This document shows, piece after piece, positions 28,434-38,656 of a stretch of DNA of 64,000 bases. How positions within the stretch are numbered: position 1 is the stretch's first letter; the number at the start of each line of letters is the position of its first letter. Source of the DNA: Deltaproteobacteria bacterium SG8_13 (lineage in GTDB: Bacteria; Desulfobacterota; Desulfobacteria; Desulfobacterales; SG8-13); assembly GCA_001303025.1 (NCBI GenBank), contig LJNK01000004.1, positions 1,516-65,515 of the forward strand, written 5' to 3'. The translations under genes and the position numbers were made by a program. The notes beneath the pieces were generated by a model. The model did not search any database and was not told the origin of the DNA. It worked only from the letters and a program-made list of their open reading frames with translations.

Positions 28434-29258
28434 GTGAGTCCATTCGAGGCGATACTGCTGGGAATAGTCCAGGGATTGACCGAGTTCCTGCCGATCAGCA
28501 GTTCCGGTCATCTGGTGCTCTTTCAGCATCTGCTCGGTTTCCGGCAGCCGGAAATCCTTTTCGATGTCTGCCTACACGTGGGGACCCTGGCAGCTGTATG
28601 TGCGGTATTTTTCAAAGATATCCTTCAAATTACCACCACCATACTCCGCCTGCCGGCAAAGTCCCGTGCGGCAGGCGGACTGAAAAACCTGTACCGGGCT
28701 GACGAAGCCGTGCGGATGGCAGCCCTCATTGTTCTGGGCTCAGTGCCCACCGGGTTGCTGGGATTGCTCTTTCACCAGTATGCCGAGCGGATTTTTACTT
28801 CGGTGGCGCTGGTGGGTGTCATGCTGCTGGTGACCGGCTGCATGCTCTGGTTCACCCGTCGGGTCACGGATAGAGGTCGTCCGGCGTTGGGGTTGACCGC
28901 AAAAGATGCCCTGCTGGTCGGCCTGGCCCAGGGGATGGCGATCTTGCCCGGGATATCCCGTTCGGGAGCGACCATTTCTGCGGCACTGGTTGTCGGTGTC
29001 GATCGCAAGACGGCAGGCCGCTATTCGTTTCTACTGTCGATTCCGGCCATACTTGGCGCTTTGCTGCTGGAGGCGGATGCTTCCATGTCGCAGACATCCA
29101 TCCCTGTGAGCACCATGTTGATCGGTGCCGTCGCCGCCGCAGGAGTCGGTTATGCGGCACTGAAAATTCTTCTGTTTGTCGTACATCGGGGCAAAATTTA
29201 CCGTTTTGCCCCATACTGCTGGCTGGTCGGCACGACGGCGCTGCTGCTCGGCTTGTGA
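28434..29258 (+). CDS. uppP: undecaprenyl-diphosphate phosphatase
   Basis: Motifs GIVQGLTEFLPISSSGH and PGISRSGATI. GTG start after GGAGGTG. Confidence 0.9.
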   Translation: MSPFEAILLGIVQGLTEFLPISSSGHLVLFQHLLGFRQPEILFDVCLHVGTLAAVCAVFFKDILQITTTILRLPAKSRAAGGLKNLYRADEAVRMAALIVLGSVPTGLLGLLFHQYAERIFTSVALVGVMLLVTGCMLWFTRRVTDRGRPALGLTAKDALLVGLAQGMAILPGISRSGATISAALVVGVDRKTAGRYSFLLSIPAILGALLLEADASMSQTSIPVSTMLIGAVAAAGVGYAALKILLFVVHRGKIYRFAPYCWLVGTTALLLGL

Positions 29259-29274
29259 TAGAAAGGAGAACCTG

Positions 29275-30627
29275 ATGAATCCGGAAATGTTCAGGGAATA
29301 CGACATCCGTGGGGTTGCCGGAAAAGACATGAACGAAGAAGACGTTATGCTTATCGGCAGGGGCGTCGGCTCCTACCTGCGCCGGCACGGGGCCCGGCAG
29401 ATCAGTGTCGGGCGAGACTGCCGGTTGACCTCCGACAGCTATTCGGAAAGACTGATTGAAGGCTTGCGCTCAACTGGTTGTGAAGTGATCGACATCGGCG
29501 TGTGCCCCACCCCGGTATTTTATTTTTCCATCGTCCACTTGAAAACCGACGGCGGCGTAATGATCACCGCCAGCCACAACCCGCCCGAATACAACGGATT
29601 CAAGCTCTGTCTCGGGCTCGATTCGATACACGGGGAAGAAATTCAGCAGATCCGCGAGCTGATAGACAATCAACAGTTCGAAGCGGGCGACGGCAGTCTC
29701 GGCAGTGCCGCGGTCATCCAGGCTTACCTGGATCATGTGACCACCAACATCAACTTGACCAAAACGCTGCGTGTCGGCGTGGACGGCGGAAACGGAACGG
29801 CTGGACCGGTTGCGGTGCCGGCCATGCAGCGGCTCGGCTGTGAAGTACACGACATTTACTGCGACATGGACGGCACATTTCCTAACCACGAAGCCGATCC
29901 GACCGTACTGAAAAACATGCAGGATTTAATCGTTCTGGTTCGGGAAAAACACCTCGACCTGGGGATTGGTTTTGACGGCGACGGCGACCGCATCGGCGTT
30001 GTGGACGAGCAAGGCAACATCATCTTCGGCGACAAACTGATGATCATCTACGCTCGTGAAATCCTCTCCCGCAAACCCGGTTCTACTTTTATCTCAGAAG
30101 TGAAGTGTTCCCAAACGATGTACGACGATATCATCAAAAATGGGGGGCGGGCCATTATGTGGAAAACCGGCCACTCTCTGATCAAGAAAAAAATGAAAGA
30201 GGAAAACGCCGAGCTGGCCGGAGAAATGAGCGGCCACATATTTTTTAAAGATCGCTACTTCGGCTTCGACGATGCCACTTACGCCGCCTGTCGCCTGCTG
30301 GAGATTCTTTCAAACAGCGAACAGCGACTTTCCCAACTCCTTACAGACGTCCCGACCACTTACACCACGCCGGAAATTCGCGTGGACTGCCCCGATAACG
30401 TCAAATTCACGCTGGTTGAGCGGGTTACCGAGCACTTCAGACAGCGCTACGAGGTCATCGATATTGACGGTGTGCGGGTGCTCTTCGAAGACGGGTGGGG
30501 GCTGGTTCGTGCATCCAACACCCAGCCTGCGCTGGTTCTGCGATTCGAAGCCCTGTCGCAAAACCGCTTGGAAGAAATCCGGGTCTTGGTGGAATCGACC
30601 CTGGAGAAAATCAAGCAGACCCTGTGA
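29275..30627 (+). CDS. phosphomannomutase/phosphoglucomutase
   Basis: FREYDIRG, active-site TASHNPPEYNG, metal site GFDGDGDR, GEMSGH. ATG at 29275 follows AAAGGAGAA. Confidence 0.9.
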   Translation: MNPEMFREYDIRGVAGKDMNEEDVMLIGRGVGSYLRRHGARQISVGRDCRLTSDSYSERLIEGLRSTGCEVIDIGVCPTPVFYFSIVHLKTDGGVMITASHNPPEYNGFKLCLGLDSIHGEEIQQIRELIDNQQFEAGDGSLGSAAVIQAYLDHVTTNINLTKTLRVGVDGGNGTAGPVAVPAMQRLGCEVHDIYCDMDGTFPNHEADPTVLKNMQDLIVLVREKHLDLGIGFDGDGDRIGVVDEQGNIIFGDKLMIIYAREILSRKPGSTFISEVKCSQTMYDDIIKNGGRAIMWKTGHSLIKKKMKEENAELAGEMSGHIFFKDRYFGFDDATYAACRLLEILSNSEQRLSQLLTDVPTTYTTPEIRVDCPDNVKFTLVERVTEHFRQRYEVIDIDGVRVLFEDGWGLVRASNTQPALVLRFEALSQNRLEEIRVLVESTLEKIKQTL

Positions 30628-30705
30628 ACCGCCTTTTGCCGTAAAGGTTACGCCCTGGCAGGGGAACATGCCGTTTATGTTAATCGAGGAGAAACGGCAC
30701 CATGA

Positions 30706-31086
30706 TCACTGCGAAAGTATGTTTTCCAGCTCTTCCGACGAGATGCGTGAAATGGCAACCGGTGGGTATGTAAAGAATCCCGTGTGGACAAACCTGCGCA
30801 ATACGTCGATAAAATGATTCCGGTTTTTGAAATCTGCTTTCAAGTACTGCTGCAGTGCTTTGTATTTTCCGCGAGCAAAGTGAAAAAACTCGTAATGATC
30901 GGGGGTTTCGATACAGCCGGTAAATCCGTGGGCATATTTCTTCAGGCCGATGATGTTCAGATCGCTCTTCATTGAATTGAAATGATAATGATCCGGTATC
31001 GGCACGGATTTGACTCCAGGTAACAGGCTGGTTTTCACGACAAAAACAGCCGTAAACGATTCCCCATCCGGCGGGAGAAAAGGCAA
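30706..31086 (-). CDS. hypothetical protein
   Basis: ORF only, with no motif recognised. Lower GC than its neighbours. Confidence 0.35.
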   Translation of the reverse strand: MPFLPPDGESFTAVFVVKTSLLPGVKSVPIPDHYHFNSMKSDLNIIGLKKYAHGFTGCIETPDHYEFFHFARGKYKALQQYLKADFKNRNHFIDVLRRFVHTGFFTYPPVAISRISSEELENILSQ

Positions 31087-31197
31087 GGGCCTGCGGCCTT
31101 TTTGCTTTTCATTGCCATTGACTTTTTAGCATCTCATTGCCCTTTAGAGAAGGATTTTATACCGTACTGCTAATTTTCTCATCCTCGAGGCCGACGA

Positions 31198-32361
31198 ATG
31201 AATCGAACCGCACGGAAGATTTTTCGCTGGATCCTGCCGATTGTCATCATTGCCGCTATTGGATTCGCTATCTGGCATTACACCCGTCCCGACCCGATTG
31301 AAGTGGTGGTTCGACCGGTTCAAAACGGGCAGGTGGAAAAAATCGTTGCCAATACCCGGGCGGGAACCGTTGAAGCCTGCCGCCGGGCCAAGCTGTCGCC
31401 CAGCATCGGCGGGCAAATTGCCCGTTTGCCGGTGAAGAAGGGCGACCGCGTCGCCGCCGGGCAACTGCTGCTGGAGCTGTGGAACGAGGACCTGGCGGCA
31501 AACGCGGCCCTGGCGGAAAGCGAAGCGGCGGTCGCCAAATCCCGGGCCAACGCGTCGTGCCTGGAGGCCGAGGTCGCCCAACGGGAGGCGAAACGCCTGC
31601 TGGCGTTGCGCAAGAGCGGAGCAGCTTCCGAAGATCAGACCGACCGGGCGGTGACACAGGCCAAGGCGCTTGCTGCGGGCTGCAGCGCAGCCAAGGCGAC
31701 GGTCAAAACCAGCCGCGAACAGGTCGGTGTCGCCCAGGCCAATCTGGCACGAACTCGCTTAATCGCCCCTTTTGACGGTGTGATTGCCGAAATCAACGGC
31801 GAACTCAGTGAATATGTCACCCCTTCGCCCATCGGCATTGCCACCCCACCGGCTGTGGATCTGATCGACACGTCCTGCTTTTACGTCAAAGCCCCGATCG
31901 ATGAGGTCGATGCTGCCGCGGTGCAGGTTGACCTGCCGTCACGCATTACCCTGGACGCTTTCAGAGAGCGCTCCTTCTCCGGACGAGTCCGCCGAATTGC
32001 CGACTATGTGCTCGATCGCGAAAAGCAGGCCAGAACCGTAGATGTGGAAGTCGAATTCACCCGGCCGGAGGATTTCCGGCATCTGCTGGCCGGATATAGT
32101 GCGGACGTCGAAGTCATTCTGGACGCCCGGGCAGATACCCTGCGGATACCCACACAGGCGGTGTTGGACGGCCGGCGTGTGTTTGTCTTCCTTCCCGATC
32201 AGAACAGGATCCAGCAGCGAAACATTCAGACCGGTCTGTCCAACTGGGAATTTACGGAAGTGACAACCGGCCTGCAGGCCGGAGAGCTCGTTGTGGTCAA
32301 CGTGGACCGAGCCGGTATTGCAGATAACGCCCATGCCGTCGTCATGAAGGAGACCCGTTGA
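31198..32361 (+). CDS. efflux transporter periplasmic adaptor (HlyD/MacA family)
   Basis: N-terminal TM anchor, lipoyl-hairpin motifs (GQIARLPVKKGDRVAAGQLLLEL; APFDGVIAEI), coiled coil. Confidence 0.8.
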   Translation: MNRTARKIFRWILPIVIIAAIGFAIWHYTRPDPIEVVVRPVQNGQVEKIVANTRAGTVEACRRAKLSPSIGGQIARLPVKKGDRVAAGQLLLELWNEDLAANAALAESEAAVAKSRANASCLEAEVAQREAKRLLALRKSGAASEDQTDRAVTQAKALAAGCSAAKATVKTSREQVGVAQANLARTRLIAPFDGVIAEINGELSEYVTPSPIGIATPPAVDLIDTSCFYVKAPIDEVDAAAVQVDLPSRITLDAFRERSFSGRVRRIADYVLDREKQARTVDVEVEFTRPEDFRHLLAGYSADVEVILDARADTLRIPTQAVLDGRRVFVFLPDQNRIQQRNIQTGLSNWEFTEVTTGLQAGELVVVNVDRAGIADNAHAVVMKETR

Positions 32362-33047
32362 TTGAACTGCAAGGCATCAGCCGCAAATTTCAAGTCGGCA
32401 ACGAGGCGGTTCACGCCCTGCGGAGCGTCAGTCTTGGCGTGAAACCCGGTGGATACCTGGCTGTGATGGGTCCGTCCGGTTCCGGCAAATCGACCCTGCT
32501 GAACATTATCGGTCTGCTGGATCGCCCGGACCAAGGCGTCTATTTGCTCGATGAGCAAAACACCACCGATCTGAACGACAGGCAGCAGGCCGCGGTGCGC
32601 CGCCATAAAATCGGTTTTGTCTTTCAATTCTTCCACCTGGTGCCCCGGTTGACAGCTGCCGAGAACGTCGAACTGCCTCTGATTCTGGCCGGGTTCGATG
32701 CCGATGAACGCAAACAGCGCGTGCAAAACGCCCTTTCCGCGCTGGGGATTGCCGACCGGTCCCGTCACCGCCCGGACCAGCTTTCCGGCGGGCAACGCCA
32801 GCGGGTTGCCATCGCCCGCGCTACCATTATGCGGCCGGGGATCATCCTTGCCGACGAGCCGACGGGAAACCTGGACCGGGCCTCCGGAAGGGAGGTCATC
32901 GACATTCTCGAAAACCTTAACAAGCAGGGTATGACCCTGATCATGGTCACCCACGATCCGGAACTCGGCCGGCGGGCGTCCCGTCGAATACAAATGATAG
33001 ACGGACGCATCCAATCCGATAAGGCCCAGACACATGAGGACATTTGA
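32358..33047 (+). CDS. ABC transporter ATP-binding protein, MacB/LolD type
   Basis: GPSGSGKST, LSGGQRQR, ILADEPT. TTG start 7 nt after GAAGGAGA, overlapping the adaptor stop codon. Confidence 0.9.
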   Translation: MIELQGISRKFQVGNEAVHALRSVSLGVKPGGYLAVMGPSGSGKSTLLNIIGLLDRPDQGVYLLDEQNTTDLNDRQQAAVRRHKIGFVFQFFHLVPRLTAAENVELPLILAGFDADERKQRVQNALSALGIADRSRHRPDQLSGGQRQRVAIARATIMRPGIILADEPTGNLDRASGREVIDILENLNKQGMTLIMVTHDPELGRRASRRIQMIDGRIQSDKAQTHEDI

Positions 33048-34239
33048 CGTCGTCCGGTTCAGCTTTCGGTCCGCCACCGGATTTCGGACCCGAACGCTGC
33101 TGATTCTGCTGGCAATGGCAATCGGCGTCGGCGCGGTGATTATGCTGACCGCACTGGGTGAAGGCGCGCGCCTTTACGTCACCCGGGAATTCACGTCCCT
33201 TGGCACCCACTTGCTGATCGTCCTTCCGGGACGATCGGAGACCACCGGCGGACCGCCCCCCCTGCTGGGAGAGACGCCGCGAGACCTTACCCTCGATGAC
33301 GCCCTGTCGCTGAAACACAGCTCGGCGATCCGGCGGGTGGCGCCGATCGCCATCGGCAGCGCTCCGGTATCGTGGCAGCAACGCAGCCGGGAGGTAACGA
33401 TCATGGGCTCCACGGCCGAGCTGTTTGACATCCGGCAGTTGTCGATGGCCCAGGGACGATTTCTGCCGGCCGGCAAACCGACCCTTCAAACTGCGGTGTG
33501 CGTACTCGGATATAAGGTAAAAAACGAACTTTTCGGCAACGCCTCTCCCCTGGGGAAATGGTTGCGCATCGGAGGAAGACGATTTCGGGTCATCGGCGTG
33601 CTGACCCCAAAGGGGCAGTCTTTAGGAACAGACATGGGAGACATCGCCATCATCCCGGTTGCATCGGCGCAGGCACTTTTCAACACGTCTTCGCTGTTTC
33701 GGGTCATTATCCAGGCTTCCGGGCGTGATTCGGTGGCTCGCGCCAAAAAGGCCGTTCTGGACACCATACGGGACCGCCACGAAGGGGAGGACGATGTGAC
33801 GGTGATCACCCAGGATGCATTGCTGTCGACTTTTGACCGGATCTTTACGGCGCTGACGTTGACAGTGGCCGGTATCGCCGCCATCAGTCTGGCTGTCGCC
33901 GGCATCCTGATCATGAACGTGATGATGATCTCCGTTTCCCAGCGGACCACCGAGATCGGACTGATGAAAGCCATCGGCGCTTCGGGTGGACAGGTCTTGC
34001 GCCTGTTTCTATCCGAATCGGCGGTGCTGTCTGCCATTGGAGCCCTGCTGGGAGTAATGCTGGCGCTGATCGGCACCTGGACCAGCTTGCGTCTGTACCC
34101 GGATTTCCCCGTAACGATTCCGTGGTGGTCTTTGATCGCCGCAATCGGTGTCGGCATGCTCACAGGGCTGATCTTCGGTGTTCTACCTGCCCGCAGGGCC
34201 GCCGGCCTGGAGCCGGTTGAGGCGCTGTCGCGCAGGTAG
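33034..34239 (+). CDS. ABC transporter permease, FtsX/MacB family (permease 1)
   Basis: MacB-type topology with the EIGLMKAIGA motif. Confidence 0.85.
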   Translation: MRTFDVVRFSFRSATGFRTRTLLILLAMAIGVGAVIMLTALGEGARLYVTREFTSLGTHLLIVLPGRSETTGGPPPLLGETPRDLTLDDALSLKHSSAIRRVAPIAIGSAPVSWQQRSREVTIMGSTAELFDIRQLSMAQGRFLPAGKPTLQTAVCVLGYKVKNELFGNASPLGKWLRIGGRRFRVIGVLTPKGQSLGTDMGDIAIIPVASAQALFNTSSLFRVIIQASGRDSVARAKKAVLDTIRDRHEGEDDVTVITQDALLSTFDRIFTALTLTVAGIAAISLAVAGILIMNVMMISVSQRTTEIGLMKAIGASGGQVLRLFLSESAVLSAIGALLGVMLALIGTWTSLRLYPDFPVTIPWWSLIAAIGVGMLTGLIFGVLPARRAAGLEPVEALSRR

Positions 34240-34357
34240 AGCTTTTTGGAGAACGTCGTGCCGGCACAAGAGATCTGCCGCTGTCGGGGAGAATCTTCGC
34301 AAAACCCGGGCCGTACCATATCGAGTTCGCGCCGCAAGCCGACAGGATCTGACAATC

Positions 34358-35557
34358 ATGGGGTTTAAAGAACTGCTCAAACTTTCGCTGGGAGCCGTGT
34401 TCAGCTACCGCATGCGCAGCTTCCTGACCGCACTGGGGATCACCGTCGGCATCACCGCAGTGGTCCTGCTCACATCCCTAGGCGAAGGTGTACACCGGTT
34501 CGTGCTGGCGGAGTTCACTCAGTTCGGAACCAACCTGATCGGCATCGCTCCCGGAAAATCCACAACGGCCGGCATATCAGGGGCGATCATCAGCAACATC
34601 CGTCCCATGACGTTAGACGACGCGGAGGCCTTGAAGCGCATTCCGGCAGTCATTGCGTCCGTGCCGGTGGTGCAGGGAAACGCGCCGGTGAAATTTGGCG
34701 GCAGAAGCCGCCGCACATATATCTTCGGCGTCGGACCGGAGGCACCCAGCGTATGGCAATTTAAAGTGGCCAAAGGAAGATTTCTGCCGGAGGACGACCC
34801 CCGCTCTCCGAGGGCCCTGGCGGTGTTGGGCAGCAAGGTCCAGGACGAGCTGTTCGGCAGCCGCACTCCGCTGGGCCAACGGGTGCGTATCGGCGGTGAG
34901 CGCTACCGGGTGGTCGGCGTAATGGAATCCAAAGGCCAAATGCTCGGTTTCGATCTGGATGATGCGGTATACATCCCGGCCACCCGGGCGCTTTCCCTGT
35001 TCAACCGAGAAAGCCTGATGGAAATCGATCTGCTCTACGCCGCCGGTGCCAGCGGGGAAGAGGTGGCCAAAAAAGCCCGCAACCTGCTCATTTCCCGCCA
35101 CGGATCAGAGGACTTTACCATCACCACCCAGGAACAGATGCTGGAAGTGCTCGGATCCGTGCTGAACATTCTGACGCTGGCGGTGGGCGCGGTGGGGGGG
35201 ATTTCTCTGCTGGTGGGCGGTGTCGGCATACTGACCATCATGATCATCGCCGTGAACGAACGCACAGGAGAAATCGGTCTGCTGCGGGCCATCGGCGCCG
35301 GTCGCCGCCAGATCCTGGCGATGTTTATCGGTGAGGCCGTTGTGCTGGCCAGTGTCGGCGGAATGGCGGGGCTGGCGATCGGAACCGGCGGTGCCTGGCT
35401 GCTCGGCGTTGCGGTGCCGGCTCTTCCCACCCACACTCCCTGGTCATATGTGGTGCTGGCCGAACTGCTGGCTGCCGTCATCGGCCTGGCAGCCGGGGTG
35501 CTGCCCGCTGTCCGGGCGGCCAACCTGGATCCCATCGAAGCCCTGCGGGCGGAGTGA
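34358..35557 (+). CDS. ABC transporter permease, FtsX/MacB family (permease 2)
   Basis: Paralogue of the preceding gene (EIGLLRAIGA). Start taken at MGFKELLKL, because the longer ORF has an Arg-rich unlikely extension. Confidence 0.85.
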   Translation: MGFKELLKLSLGAVFSYRMRSFLTALGITVGITAVVLLTSLGEGVHRFVLAEFTQFGTNLIGIAPGKSTTAGISGAIISNIRPMTLDDAEALKRIPAVIASVPVVQGNAPVKFGGRSRRTYIFGVGPEAPSVWQFKVAKGRFLPEDDPRSPRALAVLGSKVQDELFGSRTPLGQRVRIGGERYRVVGVMESKGQMLGFDLDDAVYIPATRALSLFNRESLMEIDLLYAAGASGEEVAKKARNLLISRHGSEDFTITTQEQMLEVLGSVLNILTLAVGAVGGISLLVGGVGILTIMIIAVNERTGEIGLLRAIGAGRRQILAMFIGEAVVLASVGGMAGLAIGTGGAWLLGVAVPALPTHTPWSYVVLAELLAAVIGLAAGVLPAVRAANLDPIEALRAE

Positions 35558-35659
35558 AGCACGCCCTATGGCCCCGGGTATTTGTCGCCGAACAGGGCAG
35601 CGTCCTCTAAGAAGTTCCGTTGCCGATTGGCACCGCCGGGTGGCCGCGCCGCCGCCGGC

Positions 35660-38491
35660 TTATTCCATGATCCGGTCGGCAAGGATTTCGATGGGATGCC
35701 GCACCGCTTTGTTGGACAGCTGCTCCATCTGCATCCGACAGGTGGGACAGTCGGTGACGCCGTAAGCCGCGCCGGACGTGTTGAGCTGTCCGATCAAATC
35801 TCCTGATATGGCCTCACTTAAATCAAAATGTCGTGCTGCCATCCCCCAGCTGCCGGCCATTCCGCAACAGTGAGTATGCAGGGCGTCAACGCGCAGCCCC
35901 CCGATTTCGGACAGCATCTGTACGGAACAGTCGGCATCCGGCTGCACTCTCAGGTGGCAGGGATAGTGATAGGCCAGGTGGATATCTGTGGACCGGCAGG
36001 TCGGTTTCGGCGCATGTCGCAAAACCAAACGGCTTATGTGGATGACCTTTTCCCGGACTCTGGCAGCGGTGTCGGCATCCACCAGGTAGGCCCACTCCTG
36101 CATCAGTGCCAGACCACAGGAGGAGCAGGTAACCACTATCTGATCGGCACGTGCCAGCATCTCCCCCCATTTTCCCAGGTTGGCCGCGACCCTGTCTGCA
36201 GCCCGATCGGCCATTCCCTTGGAGATCATCGGCAGACCGCAGCAGTGCTGGGGCGGCGTGAAAACCGTCAGCCCGAGGTGGTTGAGCACCTTTACGGCTG
36301 CCTCGCCGATTTCTGGGCGGATATATCCTGCGTAACAGCCGGCAAAGTAGATCACCTGCCCGGCGCCGGCCGGTGATGTGGCCGGGACGCGCTCAAACAG
36401 CGAACGGAATGGAAAGATGACCGGATCCCGTCGGGCAGAAATGCCGGTAGTCTTCTCCAGAATCCGCCGGGCGGTTTGCGATCGGGCAACCGGCGCAAGC
36501 AATCCGGCGAATTTGCGGGTGCCGCGTCCGGCCAGCTCCACATTGGCCAGCAGGTGGTCTTCGATGGAAGATCCGAACCGAGCGACATACCGGGCCCGTG
36601 CCTCGAGCGCCATCTTGGGGATATTTACGTTGGAGGGGCACTCGGTGTAACAGCTACCGCAGTTGACACAGTGGGTGATCACCTGCTGAAACAGCTTTTC
36701 GTAAAGCGCACGCCCTTCGATCGACCCGCTGATCAGGGCCCGCAGCACGTTGGCCTTGGCCTTGGGCGAGGCCGTCTCGTCGCGGGTAAACTTGAAGATG
36801 GGGCACATCCGGGTCGCCAGGGTGACGGTGGTGCACTTTGAGCAGCCGTGACAGCGTTCCACTTCGTCTGCAAAGCCTTCCGGCCAGCGAAGCCGATTGG
36901 GACCGATTTCCGCCTGCCGGTAGTCGGCACCGAAGCGCAGGTGCCGCTGCATCTGGTGCGGGTCGTCAGCGGCGATGATCTCCGGGTTGAGAATCCCGTC
37001 GGGATCGAACAGCTGCCGTGTCCGGGTGAAAAGCGCGTAGATGTCCGGATACTGCCGCCGGAGGTAAGCACTGCGAATCCGGCCGTCTCCGTGCTCTCCG
37101 GAGATCGCCCCGCCCAGGGAGTGCACCAGCTCGAAAACCTGATCCGTCAGGATTTTCAGCTTTTCAAGGTCGGCGGGATCTTTGAGATCCAGCAGTGGTC
37201 GGGTGTGCAACAAACCCTTGGCGATGTGGCCGAACAAAACGAAATCGACGCGGTTGCGTTCCAGGATCTGATAGAGCCGGTCCACGTAAGTGTGAAGGTG
37301 CTCGATGGGAACGGCGGCATCTTCGATCAGCGCCAAAATTCGTTTGCGCCCCTTGAGCTTGTAAAGCGTCGGGACGGCAGCCTTGCGCAGTTCCCAGAAT
37401 TTTGCCTTTTCCCCGGCCGATACCGCCAGGTGGGCCTGGTCGGTAAATCCCTCCCGCAACAGCATGTCGCGGACTGTTTCGGCCAGCTGCCGGCATGCCG
37501 CAGATTCGAAAGCGTCAAACTCGATCAACAGGACATTGTCGATGCCCGCCGGCAGCTTTTCCGACATCCTGGCGAAAGTCAGCAGGGATTTGTCCATGAT
37601 CTCTATGCCGGAGGGGTCCATGGGCAGTACCTGCTGGACCGCCAGGCTCGCCGTTCGGATGTCTTTGAAAAAAGCCACCACGAGACTGTCGTGGGTCGGC
37701 TTGTCGATCAGCCGGAACTTCAGCCGTGTGGTGATCCCCAGCGTGCCTTCCGATCCGGCGAACAGGCGGCGCAGGTCCAGCTGGTCATCGTGCACCAACC
37801 CCCTGAGGTTGTACCCGCTCGAGTTGTAGCGTATCGGAGGGTATGCGTTTTCGATCTGTTCACGGTGGTCGTGATACAACCGAGACAACTGCTGCAGGTA
37901 GGCAGGCAGCCTGGACGGCGAGCAGGACCGAATCTCGGAAAGACGGATGGTTTCGGCGCTGCCGGTTACCACATCAGCATCCAGGACATAATCTGCCGTG
38001 TTACCATATTTTACAGAATGCGCCCCGCTGGCATTTGTGCCGAACATCCCGCCGAAGGTCGCATACTCGCCGCTGGAGGGATCGGGTGGGAAAAACAGCC
38101 CCGATCCCCCGAGTTTGGCTTCCAGTTCACCGAAGCGGTATCCCGGTTCACATTCGAACGTTCTTTCATCGGGGTCCAGATGAACCAAACGGTTCATGAA
38201 GCGGGTGAAATCGAGGACAATGCCGGCCCCCAGCGCTGCCCCGCACAGACCGCTGCCGGCGCCCCGGCCGTGAACGGTTATGCCCTGCCGGCATGCAAAA
38301 TCAATAGTGGCGGACACATCTTCGCCGGTTTTCGGATACACAACGGCCACCGGCTGCACCTGAAAGATGCTGCCGTCGGTGGACAGCAGATAGCGGTACA
38401 GCGGCTCCGTGTGAACCGTCCCGTCGATTCGCTGATTCAGCTCATCGAAAGGGGTCGCATGAATCGAATCATTTGGTTTTGATATTTTCAT
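35660..38491 (-). CDS. fused FAD-binding (GlcD-like) / 4Fe-4S / CCG-domain (GlpC-like) oxidoreductase
   Basis: PCMH-type FAD domain (GRGAGSGLCG), ferredoxin motifs CHGCSKC...CP and CVNCGSCYTECP, two CCG motifs (HCCGLPM, HCCGMAGSWG). Confidence 0.85.
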   Translation of the reverse strand: MKISKPNDSIHATPFDELNQRIDGTVHTEPLYRYLLSTDGSIFQVQPVAVVYPKTGEDVSATIDFACRQGITVHGRGAGSGLCGAALGAGIVLDFTRFMNRLVHLDPDERTFECEPGYRFGELEAKLGGSGLFFPPDPSSGEYATFGGMFGTNASGAHSVKYGNTADYVLDADVVTGSAETIRLSEIRSCSPSRLPAYLQQLSRLYHDHREQIENAYPPIRYNSSGYNLRGLVHDDQLDLRRLFAGSEGTLGITTRLKFRLIDKPTHDSLVVAFFKDIRTASLAVQQVLPMDPSGIEIMDKSLLTFARMSEKLPAGIDNVLLIEFDAFESAACRQLAETVRDMLLREGFTDQAHLAVSAGEKAKFWELRKAAVPTLYKLKGRKRILALIEDAAVPIEHLHTYVDRLYQILERNRVDFVLFGHIAKGLLHTRPLLDLKDPADLEKLKILTDQVFELVHSLGGAISGEHGDGRIRSAYLRRQYPDIYALFTRTRQLFDPDGILNPEIIAADDPHQMQRHLRFGADYRQAEIGPNRLRWPEGFADEVERCHGCSKCTTVTLATRMCPIFKFTRDETASPKAKANVLRALISGSIEGRALYEKLFQQVITHCVNCGSCYTECPSNVNIPKMALEARARYVARFGSSIEDHLLANVELAGRGTRKFAGLLAPVARSQTARRILEKTTGISARRDPVIFPFRSLFERVPATSPAGAGQVIYFAGCYAGYIRPEIGEAAVKVLNHLGLTVFTPPQHCCGLPMISKGMADRAADRVAANLGKWGEMLARADQIVVTCSSCGLALMQEWAYLVDADTAARVREKVIHISRLVLRHAPKPTCRSTDIHLAYHYPCHLRVQPDADCSVQMLSEIGGLRVDALHTHCCGMAGSWGMAARHFDLSEAISGDLIGQLNTSGAAYGVTDCPTCRMQMEQLSNKAVRHPIEILADRIME

Positions 38492-38656
38492 CAGCGTGAA
38501 TCGAATTGGCTTGATTCTTCAATCTTAATCCGGCCATGTCAACCTCACACCCGAAGCTGCTTACGATTCGCTTGTGCCGCAGTTGACAGATCGCCCGAAT
38601 GAGGTTATCCGGAACTTATCCGAACGAATCGTTACCATAACGGCTGCTGAAATACC

